This document shows positions 7,344 to 16,107 of a stretch of DNA of 28,379 bases, piece after piece (the stretch's first letter is position 1; each line of letters begins with the position of its first letter). The stretch comes from an uncultured archaeon (GTDB lineage: Archaea; Asgardarchaeota; Thorarchaeia; Thorarchaeales; Thorarchaeaceae): contig CAYWJO010000044.1 in NCBI GenBank assembly GCA_964458565.1, positions 1-28,379 of the forward strand, read 5' to 3'. The translations under genes were made by a program, and so were the position numbers. Below the pieces are notes generated by a model. It saw only the letters and a list, made by a program, of their open reading frames with translations. It did no database searches and was not told the DNA's origin.

Positions 7344-7793
7344 GTGATGGAAATACAAGTTAGAATAGCGACTGCGACCGACAGAGCAGCATTAGAACAG
7401 TTCTATTCTAGAGAGGGACTTGATTTTCATTCCCTTTCAACAGGTAATTCTATTGTTCCTGCGAGAACTAGTCGTGAAACGATGTATGTTATTGCGGCTA
7501 CCACGAATATGATTGTTGCAGCACTGAAGTTTGATGTTGCTAATGATCCTAATTTAGGTAATATCGGATATATCCAACACTTTGAGATTGAAGACGATCT
7601 TGAACATACAGATATTGGTTTACAGATGCTTGATAGAGCCATAGAGATTGCAGATGATAAGAATCTTAGCGCTCTTGATGCTGTTGTTAGTGAGAAGAGA
7701 GCAGATGTAATCAAATTATATCTAGATTCAGAATTTCGCGAACTACGAAAAGAAATCTATCTTCGAAGAAATTTCAGACCAAGTCCTTTTTGA
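7344..7793 (+). CDS. GNAT-family N-acetyltransferase
   Basis: VRIAT..D N-terminus, GYIQHFEIEDDLEHTDIGLQML (degenerate motif A), VIKLYLDSEF (motif B); 149 aa. Confidence 0.8.
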   Translation: MMEIQVRIATATDRAALEQFYSREGLDFHSLSTGNSIVPARTSRETMYVIAATTNMIVAALKFDVANDPNLGNIGYIQHFEIEDDLEHTDIGLQMLDRAIEIADDKNLSALDAVVSEKRADVIKLYLDSEFRELRKEIYLRRNFRPSPF

Positions 7794-7805
7794 TAAATGT
7801 CGTCA

Positions 7806-9623
7806 TTACACGATATCATTTAGTCCCAGCAATTCTAAAGTTTCCGTTGTGGGAAGGCCATCTTGTATACTCCATCCCCTCAATTCATAGTACCTGTCAA
7901 GACACAACTCAAAATCATCTTTGTTTATGAAAGATGTCATTCCTTTTCTTGGTCCGGAAGGTTCAGGTATCCACATTCGTTCCGGAAGAATGTCCGATTC
8001 TCTTGATATTCCCTCGCGATGATTGAACATCCGTCCAAGTGTCACCACTCTTCTGCCAAACAACTTTGCATCCTCCTCATCATAGTGTAAACCAGTTGCA
8101 GCATTCAAGAGCTGTATTTTTGTCTCATGAGAGAGTGGAAGATGGTATGTGAAATGACAGACAACAAGTGAGTCGGTCAACACCTTCTGGTCTCTTGCAT
8201 TCACCATAGAATCCACTAAATCAACTGCCGACTCATCTGGAGGATCAGTTGTAGATGGCCAGCCGCGAAGATGGCTCCCACCAACGTTCGCCGTCGCATA
8301 TGAAAGAGCTAAACCACGCCTCCCTCTAGGATCCCAGGCGGGTAATTCAAGGCCTTTGAAATGTACTGCAAAGTCTTTACTATTGTGACCTATCTTTTCT
8401 GCAGCTATTCGAACACCTTCAGATAGTATAGCACCAATTCCTTCACGATAAGCAATCATCTTCAAGAGTTTCAATGCAGCTTCTCCATCTCCGAAATTTA
8501 AGGAGAATCCAATTATATCATCTGTTAGAATGCCTTGTTTGTATGCATCCATTGCAAACCCAAGGACCGACCCACCACTTATTGTATCAAGTCCAAGTCT
8601 ATCAGCAAGATAGTTCAATTGGAGAAGATGAGTTAGATTGGATATCCCCAGATTTCCCCCCATCAGGCCTATAGTTTCATATTCGATACAGGACTCAATC
8701 ATTTGATCTGTATTATCTGGATCCGTTGTTTCGTAAGCATGAGTACAACGCATGACACAATTTGGACATGAGTTATGCGCACCTGCATAAATCTCACTCA
8801 TTTCCTCAGGTATGATTTCGGAGTAGTTATCGAAATATCCAGTTTCATAATTTCTGGTTGGAAATTGACCCATTTCGTTTGAGAGCTCAACCAAAAATGG
8901 AGAGCCAAATCTTTTGAAATCAGTATTTTCCTTTTGATTCCAACCCTTTGTTAAATCAGCATTGATTTTTCGTATGGTGTCAACATCAGCGCCAAAGATT
9001 TTCTTGGAACCTTTGACAACAATAGCTTTCAAGTTCTTGGAGCCCATCACAGCACCAGCGCCACCACGTCCAGTCTGATGAGCTATCTCACAACATCCGG
9101 TAGCAATGCGAACTAGGTTTTCACCAGCAGGACCAATTGTATATACTGAAGATTTCGGATGGCGCTTGTATAGTCTTTCAGTTGTTTCATGAACTCCTTG
9201 ACCCCAGATTCCCTCAGCTGATTCAATCTTTACATTTTGATCTTGAATGTGAATATAAACAGGATTGGCAGACACACCTTTTATGCAAACAGCATCATAG
9301 CCAGATTTCTTGATCTCTTGGCCAAGCGAACCGCCACTATGAGAATCAAGAATCAATCCTGTGAGAGGGGATTTGGTTACGAGAGTCCATCTACCAACAT
9401 TGGGTGCTGGTAAACCCTGTAATGGACCAGTGAGAAAGAATAGAATGTTTGTCGCTCCAAGAGGATCAATACCAGCTTCAAGATGCTTGTAGAGAAGATA
9501 AGTTCCTAAACCCTTACCTCCAATGAATTTCTCATACACTTCATCAGAGAGAGATTCTATTTGTGTTGCTCTTGTTGTCAAATCAATCCATAAAATTTGC
9601 TTGTTCCAGCACTCATGGGTCAA
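7806..9623 (-). CDS. aor: Aldehyde:ferredoxin oxidoreductase family (tungstopterin, 4Fe-4S)
   Basis: IGGKGLG, TKSPLTG, IGPAGEN, GRGGAGAVMGSKNLKAI, CPNCVMRC, EYET, GLDTIS, KGLELPAWDPR, VCHF, YYELRGW. GGTGA upstream of the TTG start. Confidence 0.95.
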   Translation of the reverse strand: MTHECWNKQILWIDLTTRATQIESLSDEVYEKFIGGKGLGTYLLYKHLEAGIDPLGATNILFFLTGPLQGLPAPNVGRWTLVTKSPLTGLILDSHSGGSLGQEIKKSGYDAVCIKGVSANPVYIHIQDQNVKIESAEGIWGQGVHETTERLYKRHPKSSVYTIGPAGENLVRIATGCCEIAHQTGRGGAGAVMGSKNLKAIVVKGSKKIFGADVDTIRKINADLTKGWNQKENTDFKRFGSPFLVELSNEMGQFPTRNYETGYFDNYSEIIPEEMSEIYAGAHNSCPNCVMRCTHAYETTDPDNTDQMIESCIEYETIGLMGGNLGISNLTHLLQLNYLADRLGLDTISGGSVLGFAMDAYKQGILTDDIIGFSLNFGDGEAALKLLKMIAYREGIGAILSEGVRIAAEKIGHNSKDFAVHFKGLELPAWDPRGRRGLALSYATANVGGSHLRGWPSTTDPPDESAVDLVDSMVNARDQKVLTDSLVVCHFTYHLPLSHETKIQLLNAATGLHYDEEDAKLFGRRVVTLGRMFNHREGISRESDILPERMWIPEPSGPRKGMTSFINKDDFELCLDRYYELRGWSIQDGLPTTETLELLGLNDIV

Positions 9624-9649
9624 GATATATCACCAAAAACGCAAGTTAG

Positions 9650-9802
9650 TTACTCAATCTCAATTTTGCTAATAGCTTTGAGGTCCTCAGCACCTTTAAG
9701 CTTCTTAAGAATCGCTAGTAGCACATCCTCAAGCAAAGACCTGACAAACTCATTCACAGCTATTACCTCTCCATGCACAATAAGTTCCATTTTGTCTGAC
9801 AT
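9650..9802 (-). CDS. 50-aa protein resembling the C-terminal domain of MobB-type proteins (not in ORF track)
   Basis: Hand translation MSDKMELIVHGEVIAVNEFVRSLLEDVLLAILKKLKGAEDLKAISKIEIE*. AAGTGA upstream; co-oriented with aor, 26 nt ahead of it. Family resemblance is from recall, not a search. Confidence 0.75.
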   Translation of the reverse strand: MSDKMELIVHGEVIAVNEFVRSLLEDVLLAILKKLKGAEDLKAISKIEIE

Positions 9803-9970
9803 AAACAATCACTTCACGAGTTAAGAAAAGGGATTATCATTAATTAGTGCTTGTTTTTCGGATAATTAGTGAATTCTTAATAAGATGGGCGCACTCCGAT
9901 ACGCTTTTATCTTCCTCCAATTGGTACCGATGCTTGAAGACCGACTACCATCAGAAGGTGTGGATTTCCA

Positions 9971-11926
9971 TTGATGGATGAAGCTAAAATTGTTGATACA
10001 TCGGGCTCCGCGGAAGGGTGGAGTTCAGAGCCACTGAATAAGAAGTCTAGTTTTGGAGCAATAGTTGGAATTATTGCAGCTGCATGGGGATTAGTCTTTG
10101 GAATGGGTAATTCACTTGTACCAATTCCTGGTATTGAACGAAGTGCATTGCATGAGGTGGGTTACTTCCTTCCATCCGCAATTTTCTTAGGATTAATTGC
10201 TTTTTCACTCGTCTTACAAATTCCCGGAATTCGCAATCTTAAAACAATGCTCCAAACAGGCATACCAAATGTAATCTATGGTCCTATTATCTTAGGAATA
10301 ATAAGTGCAGGATTTCTCATATATGGAGGATTAACCTTTACTCTTCCTGGACAGATTGGACCATGGACTGTTGATCTAATGACATTTGGATCAATCTTCA
10401 CTGTTTTATGGCAGATGGTTTCGTTCGTATACGCTGATGCACTCAAGACTTGGCATGGCTTAATTGCTGGAATGTGTAATGGTCTTTTCATTCCATTGTT
10501 AGCTGTGGGCGAAGTAATTAATCCAGTACTTGTCTATGCGGCTTATGCAGTTCTTATTGTGGGGCAACTCTTCACATTCCTATTTTGGAAGTCCCCGGAA
10601 AATCATGTCCGTAATTTTGCGAGGTCAACTGACATTGCCAAATTTGGATTTGGTATAATCGGAGTCCTGACATTCGTTATAGGTTCATTCGCAATTTTTA
10701 TAGGACCACTAACCTTAGACAGCGGCGTATTGGTCTGGAATCCTTGGGGAATAATGATATCGAATTCCCTCTTCCTAACAAATCCAGCATTAGTTTACGC
10801 ATTCTGTGCAATGCTTGTACTCTGGATATTTTCTATACCTCGACTTGGCGCTAAGGAATTGAAAATCGCTCATGTTAGAAATAACATCATCTCTTCTGGT
10901 ACGAAATACTTTTTGGCTACATTTGCTGCTCTTGCAGTATATATTGCAGGACAAGCTGGTAGCGAAGTTGCTGCCGCTGCATTGACATTTAACCTCTTGA
11001 TCTCGATGGTTCCTTGCGCAGTCATTATTCTGATAGGCTCTATGTATATCAGCAAATCAGATATTCTAACCGGACTACCATTGCTCTGGGTCGGTGTTGC
11101 TATGCTAATCCATCCATTCACCCTTGCGTGGATGGTCATTATACCTTGGATTGCGGTTCTAATAACTCAGGTATTCATACTTATCGAATCAAAAATAAGA
11201 GGCTTTCTGAGCTTCTCACAGGGCGTTGTAGTACTTGTCCTCATGCTGATAACTTCAGCAGTCTTTGTACTATTCCTCCTCGGAGGCTTTGGTAATGGAC
11301 CTGCAGCTCTTTGGCCAACCAATAAATGGTTCAACATATCTCTATTTGCAGGCGTTCCTATTGCAGTTCAAGCATCTACAGTACTTGCTCTACCAACAAT
11401 ATTCTTAGTAGTCAGAAACATGTCCATTGCTGGATATGCACACTTGCGAGGCTATTCCGGTGGGCCGATTGTAGGAATGAGCTTCATTTTTGCCATAATG
11501 ATACCTCTTATTGCAGGGAGTGATACAGTGACTCACCAAGCGAATATTGGTGCTGCTGTTCTTCTCGCACTCTATACAATTAGCTTTATTCTCGTCCTTT
11601 CCTTTAATTTGAATCTCGCGGGAGATTTAGAAGAGGCAGGACATGATTTTGAGGGTTCGTTCATCCGCATGACAACGATTGCAGGGATGATTGTTGGAAC
11701 CTTGGTAATGTTTGTTGTCTTGGGTACATTTGCTCAATTCACCACATTACCCACAGACATTGCGACTGTTATCACACTATTAGTGACCTTTGTTGTTGGT
11801 CTTGAGATACTACTTGACATAGGTTGGCTGTTCGCTGCATTCCGCTTGGGAGTATTCAAGCAGGGATTCAAGTTCTTAAAAATGGAAGAAGCTGTTGCTT
11901 CAGCACCCATTATATCCTATGACTAG
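9971..11926 (+). CDS. Large polytopic membrane protein (~18 TM) of unknown function
   Basis: 651 aa, almost continuous hydrophobic helices; AAGGTG upstream; no family motif recognised. Confidence 0.85.
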   Translation: MMDEAKIVDTSGSAEGWSSEPLNKKSSFGAIVGIIAAAWGLVFGMGNSLVPIPGIERSALHEVGYFLPSAIFLGLIAFSLVLQIPGIRNLKTMLQTGIPNVIYGPIILGIISAGFLIYGGLTFTLPGQIGPWTVDLMTFGSIFTVLWQMVSFVYADALKTWHGLIAGMCNGLFIPLLAVGEVINPVLVYAAYAVLIVGQLFTFLFWKSPENHVRNFARSTDIAKFGFGIIGVLTFVIGSFAIFIGPLTLDSGVLVWNPWGIMISNSLFLTNPALVYAFCAMLVLWIFSIPRLGAKELKIAHVRNNIISSGTKYFLATFAALAVYIAGQAGSEVAAAALTFNLLISMVPCAVIILIGSMYISKSDILTGLPLLWVGVAMLIHPFTLAWMVIIPWIAVLITQVFILIESKIRGFLSFSQGVVVLVLMLITSAVFVLFLLGGFGNGPAALWPTNKWFNISLFAGVPIAVQASTVLALPTIFLVVRNMSIAGYAHLRGYSGGPIVGMSFIFAIMIPLIAGSDTVTHQANIGAAVLLALYTISFILVLSFNLNLAGDLEEAGHDFEGSFIRMTTIAGMIVGTLVMFVVLGTFAQFTTLPTDIATVITLLVTFVVGLEILLDIGWLFAAFRLGVFKQGFKFLKMEEAVASAPIISYD

Positions 11927-11937
11927 GAGTTGATTCC

Positions 11938-12687
11938 GTGGCTCCTCAGGTCGAAGGTGAAATACACCGACCTGATGGAGCCACTACTGCATTTTTATTA
12001 ATTCATGGTTTTGCAGCTAATACAGATCAAATGAAGAGCTTGGTAGAATTTCTCGCAGTTCACAAAATCGCATCGTTTTCAGTAAAATTACCTGGTCATG
12101 GTGGCACTCCAGAAGAATTGTCAAAAGTGAACCGAACGGATTGGTATAACTGTGTAAAGGACGCACTGAATCTTGTTAAGTCATGGAATGTTGAAAGAAT
12201 ATTTGTTGCGGGTTTATCAATGGGTGGAGCATTAAGTCTTAGATTATCAGCTGATTCCGAGGGTATTGATGGGCTCGTTGTTTTATCTCCAGCTGTATAT
12301 CAAAGAGGATTGATTCAAAAGTTCATTCCTCTATTAAAAATCATAATGCCTTATCGTGATGTTAATCTCTCTTATATTTCGGAAATGTATGATATTCCCT
12401 ATTCAAGAGTAAATAGAGAGCCTTTGTCAGCACTACAGGAAGTAATAGGCGTTATGAAGGATGTGCAAAAAATCTTACAGAATGTTACTTTGCCCACACT
12501 GGTAATTCAATCAGGAGCAGACAAGACAATTGATCCCGGAAATGGTCAGTATGTCTATGATAGGATCGGATCTGTAGATAAAGAGATTCATATCATTGCG
12601 GATGCAGAGCACGTGATTACATGTCATTCAAAACGTAAAGAGGCTTATGCACTAATTCAACAATTCATAACTCGTCTAAATACCTAG
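11938..12687 (+). CDS. Alpha/beta-hydrolase, carboxylesterase/monoacylglycerol-lipase-like
   Basis: LIHGF, LPGHG, nucleophile elbow GLSMGG, GADKTI (Asp), AEHVI (His); AGGAG RBS. Confidence 0.92.
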   Translation: MAPQVEGEIHRPDGATTAFLLIHGFAANTDQMKSLVEFLAVHKIASFSVKLPGHGGTPEELSKVNRTDWYNCVKDALNLVKSWNVERIFVAGLSMGGALSLRLSADSEGIDGLVVLSPAVYQRGLIQKFIPLLKIIMPYRDVNLSYISEMYDIPYSRVNREPLSALQEVIGVMKDVQKILQNVTLPTLVIQSGADKTIDPGNGQYVYDRIGSVDKEIHIIADAEHVITCHSKRKEAYALIQQFITRLNT

Positions 12688-12689
12688 CA

Positions 12690-13385
12690 TTATGGATTTG
12701 AGGATATTATTGCTGCTATTAAATCAGGGAAGTCTGTAATGATTCCATCTACTCTGGATGATATGACTTTCAATGCAGTTTCAGTATCATTAATAGTCCA
12801 TGGATAAACAGCAAGTTTGGACTCATGTGCTGTATTAACTAGATTAGTTGAAACTAACTCATAATGAGGATTAATTGCATTCGCATTGATTGATGATGCA
12901 TACTCAACAATATCAGGGATAGCTGTATCATAGAGCAATGCACAGCGAGATTCACTGGAGGATTTTTTTATCTCAAATAATGCTTCATGAATGAATGATG
13001 AGAATATTATCTGATCCATCATACATTTCTTCTGAACAAGGGAAACCAGACTCGACTCTATACCAATCGCTTTGACTTCAATGTTTACCATGATTTTCCC
13101 TTTACAAAAATCCAATACTTCCTCCAATAGGGGAATATATTCCCCTTCACCCGCGTCTAACTTGCGAATCTCATTATAAGTTAAATCACTGACAATCCCA
13201 GATCCATTCGTTGTACGATCTACTGAATAATCATGAATGCAAATAATCTGGCCATCTACAGTTTCATGCACATCAAGTTCTATCATATCTGCTTTCAAAT
13301 CAATAGCTCTCTGAAATGCTAACATTGTATTTTCGGGTGCTAGAGTTGATGCCCCTCGATGAGCAATGATTAGTACTTTCCTCAT
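12690..13385 (-). CDS. Glycerophosphodiester phosphodiesterase
   Basis: IIAHRGAS..APENT, IELDVH, IHD..VDRTT, NIEVK, WTIND, GIITDFP. Confidence 0.95.
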   Translation of the reverse strand: MRKVLIIAHRGASTLAPENTMLAFQRAIDLKADMIELDVHETVDGQIICIHDYSVDRTTNGSGIVSDLTYNEIRKLDAGEGEYIPLLEEVLDFCKGKIMVNIEVKAIGIESSLVSLVQKKCMMDQIIFSSFIHEALFEIKKSSSESRCALLYDTAIPDIVEYASSINANAINPHYELVSTNLVNTAHESKLAVYPWTINDTETALKVISSRVDGIITDFPDLIAAIISSNP

Positions 13386-13408
13386 ATGCAACCCATCAAT
13401 CGGTCATA

Positions 13409-13723
13409 TCAATCATCAGCCCTTGCGAGACCCGTCCCGCCACATCTTGGACATGTTTCAGAACCTTCTCCCTCAACACCTTTAATGACTCCATTTCCAT
13501 TGCAGTAGTAACAGTCTCTTGATGAAATTTCTAATGAAGCATCTATATCCTTCACCAAAGCACTTCCGACTGCAATTAAAACACAAGCCAGAAATAAAAC
13601 GAATAATGAAAATAGATACAGGGATTCAAGTGGTAAAAGGACGAATAAACCAATAATGAAGGATACAGCGCCAACAATAATAGATACAAGTCCTTTATGA
13701 TTTCGCTTCATGTTACAATACAT
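13409..13723 (-). CDS. 2-TM membrane protein with C-terminal DnaJ-type Cys-rich zinc finger
   Basis: Two TM helices, then CYYCNGNG and CPRCGGTG (two CxxCxGxG motifs). Confidence 0.85.
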   Translation of the reverse strand: MYCNMKRNHKGLVSIIVGAVSFIIGLFVLLPLESLYLFSLFVLFLACVLIAVGSALVKDIDASLEISSRDCYYCNGNGVIKGVEGEGSETCPRCGGTGLARADD

Positions 13724-13903
13724 CCAGAGAGATGTTTCAATGCCAGATATTGTCCGCTAAATAGATTATGGCATGAATTTTTTTTGTATGATGTAGATGA
13801 CCCTAAGAGATAATAGCAAAATAGTAAGATGAAAGGTAAGTATTGTGTCGAAAGGAGTGTGTAAACAATTTCAAGAACAGACCTATTTGCTAGGTATTCC
13901 CAA

Positions 13904-14779
13904 ATGTACCAAAAAGATAGAGCTAGAGAAATAGTACCCGAAGGTCCGTTTGTTAGGCAATTTGTAGACCTACCTCATCAAGATCTCGATATTGGTGTTT
14001 TCTTTAAATCAAAAGGGACTAAGAACCCAGTCCAAGTGTATCTAGGAAATGAGATTCCATTAGATGTTGGGAAAAAGGAAGGTTTTCTTGAAACAGATTA
14101 TAGCACCTATTTGAGCCGCACTATATTGAAGAAATTCAAGGATATTGATTATCTAAGAATTGTTATTGGTGCTGGTACTAGATTGAAACACTCCCGAGAT
14201 CGAATTGATTTTCTGAAAAAAGGACAAAGGATAATTGATGTCCTTCTTCGCAAAGCGAAGAATATTACGCATTTGGGGAATTTCTCAGCATTCCAATATG
14301 ATAAGCGCGTTCACACTCTTGAAGAGTACTTATCAAAATCAATTGGTTTAGATGACATTGGGGTTGAGGCTGCATCAATACCATTCAATATGGCTAATCC
14401 CAAGTATATACTGCTAACAGGAAATGAAGTGATAATTACTGGGAATGAGTCTAAAATTAGACATAATGTATTCCATTTCGTAGGTGGAATTGGATATGTC
14501 TTTGACAAAAAGGAAGGTGCGTTAAGCGAAGAGCGATTATTCAAGTCTACAATAGATCTTAGCAGTGTAGGTATCAGCGAAGCATATATTGAGAACGCAA
14601 TCTCTAGAGTGACAGATGATTTTCAAAGCAATTTGCACTCCATCATATTTTCTGATATTTGGAAGAAGAGCGATGCACAACCAGTCGGAGTAAATATCGA
14701 TGACAATATGCTCTTTAGACCAGCTGTAGGTAGTGAAATCTGGACAGGAGTATTTGAGGTGTATCTTACACCACAATAA
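13904..14779 (+). CDS. Hypothetical soluble protein
   Basis: 291-aa ORF filling the gap before the GGR gene; no motif recognised. Confidence 0.75.
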   Translation: MYQKDRAREIVPEGPFVRQFVDLPHQDLDIGVFFKSKGTKNPVQVYLGNEIPLDVGKKEGFLETDYSTYLSRTILKKFKDIDYLRIVIGAGTRLKHSRDRIDFLKKGQRIIDVLLRKAKNITHLGNFSAFQYDKRVHTLEEYLSKSIGLDDIGVEAASIPFNMANPKYILLTGNEVIITGNESKIRHNVFHFVGGIGYVFDKKEGALSEERLFKSTIDLSSVGISEAYIENAISRVTDDFQSNLHSIIFSDIWKKSDAQPVGVNIDDNMLFRPAVGSEIWTGVFEVYLTPQ

Positions 14780-14818
14780 CAACCGACAAGATGAATAACA
14801 CCATCTTGTGACTATGTT

Positions 14819-16027
14819 GTGTTTGCCATGAGATGTGATGTAGCTATTGTAGGAGCAGGACCAGGTGGATCAACAAGTGCAAGGTATTTAGCCAAAGCAG
14901 GATATCATGTAATTTTGATAGACAAGGACATCTTTCCTAGAGACAAACCTTGTGGAGGCGGTTTCTCTTACTCGATATTAAACAGGTTTCCCTACTTGAA
15001 AAAGAGAGAAAGAGAGTTCATTGATGGAATTTCAAGAGTGGGAGTTATTCACTCACCAAATAGGAAAATTACATTGAAGGGCGAAGTTGATATGGCTGTC
15101 GCCCTTCGAATAAGGTTTGATAATTCACTTCTTGAAGAAGCCTTGGAGCTGGGTGTTACTCCATGTTTAGGAACAAGAGTAAAGTCAGTGAGTGTAAGTG
15201 AAAATAATATTTCATTAATGACATCAGATGGATCCGAGATAATCGCTAGGTCATTAATTGGTGCTGATGGTGTAAACTCTCTCATTGCGCGTGAAGCAAA
15301 ATTACATCAAAATTGGAAATCAAAGGAAATAACGGTATGTCGAGTCGTTGAGATACCAGCACCAACGCAGTATATTCTTGAAACTTATGGCGTTGAGAAA
15401 GAATATCATTTCTTTGCAAATTTTGACGGAAAACCAGGCTATGGTTGGATTTTTCCAAAAGCTGAAACAATCAATGTCGGATTAGGTATTGTTGGACCGC
15501 ATTCAGCAGGTTTACCCAAAAAATTTGATTCATTCATTAGGTATTTGAAACACGTAAAGAAAATACCTGATAATTCCGATCTCTCAGGGGTAAGAGGTGC
15601 TCTGGTTCCAACTGCAGGAACAATTGATAAGACATTCGCACTCAGATTGTTGCTAGTCGGAGACTCTGCTGGAATGGTGTCGCCCATAACTGGAGGGGGG
15701 ATAGATTACGCCATGCGTGCTGGACGTATTGCAGCGATGGTTTTAACAAAATGTATGGAGAAAGACACTCTCGATGAGAAGTCACTTTCGGTTTACCAGA
15801 AATTATGGTACGATGATTTTGGGCATGAGATTAAACCACAAAAACTAGCTCAGAGAATTCTTACTAGTCCTTTGACTGATACATTCTTCGAAATTGGAAA
15901 AAGGGATTCATCTATTCAAAAAATGGTAACTGATGCTATGTCAGAAACAATTGATACAAGACCACAAGTTTTCAAGATGATTGCTAGGACTTTACTTGTC
16001 TGCCTTAAAGGTGCCTTTCACCTCTAA
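14819..16027 (+). CDS. Geranylgeranyl reductase-family FAD oxidoreductase
   Basis: VGAGPGG, PRDKPCGGG, IGADG, GYGWIFPK, VGDSAG..SPITGGGI. Start may be ATG 14828. Confidence 0.93.
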   Translation: MFAMRCDVAIVGAGPGGSTSARYLAKAGYHVILIDKDIFPRDKPCGGGFSYSILNRFPYLKKREREFIDGISRVGVIHSPNRKITLKGEVDMAVALRIRFDNSLLEEALELGVTPCLGTRVKSVSVSENNISLMTSDGSEIIARSLIGADGVNSLIAREAKLHQNWKSKEITVCRVVEIPAPTQYILETYGVEKEYHFFANFDGKPGYGWIFPKAETINVGLGIVGPHSAGLPKKFDSFIRYLKHVKKIPDNSDLSGVRGALVPTAGTIDKTFALRLLLVGDSAGMVSPITGGGIDYAMRAGRIAAMVLTKCMEKDTLDEKSLSVYQKLWYDDFGHEIKPQKLAQRILTSPLTDTFFEIGKRDSSIQKMVTDAMSETIDTRPQVFKMIARTLLVCLKGAFHL

Positions 16028-16107
16028 AGAAGAAACAATATCGGAAACAATAAATGGAATACCGAGATTTTGTTATGTATTCGGGCTAACACTAGAGGAG
16101 AATAAGT

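Noticed and set aside
6371-7793. MinD/ParA and GNAT as parts of the cassette system
   Set aside because: Host-like composition and only adjacency links them to the array; synteny data would be needed.
9597-9824. 75-aa plus-strand ORF
   Set aside because: Antisense shadow of the better-supported 50-aa gene at 9650-9802.
13845-13934. Short GTG-started frame overlapping the start of 13904-14779, suggesting a frameshifted N-terminus
   Set aside because: No homology evidence or clear slippery site; cannot be supported without a search.
16032-16052. GAAACAATA direct repeat upstream of the acyl-CoA ligase
   Set aside because: Short, A-rich, two copies only; not distinguishable from chance.
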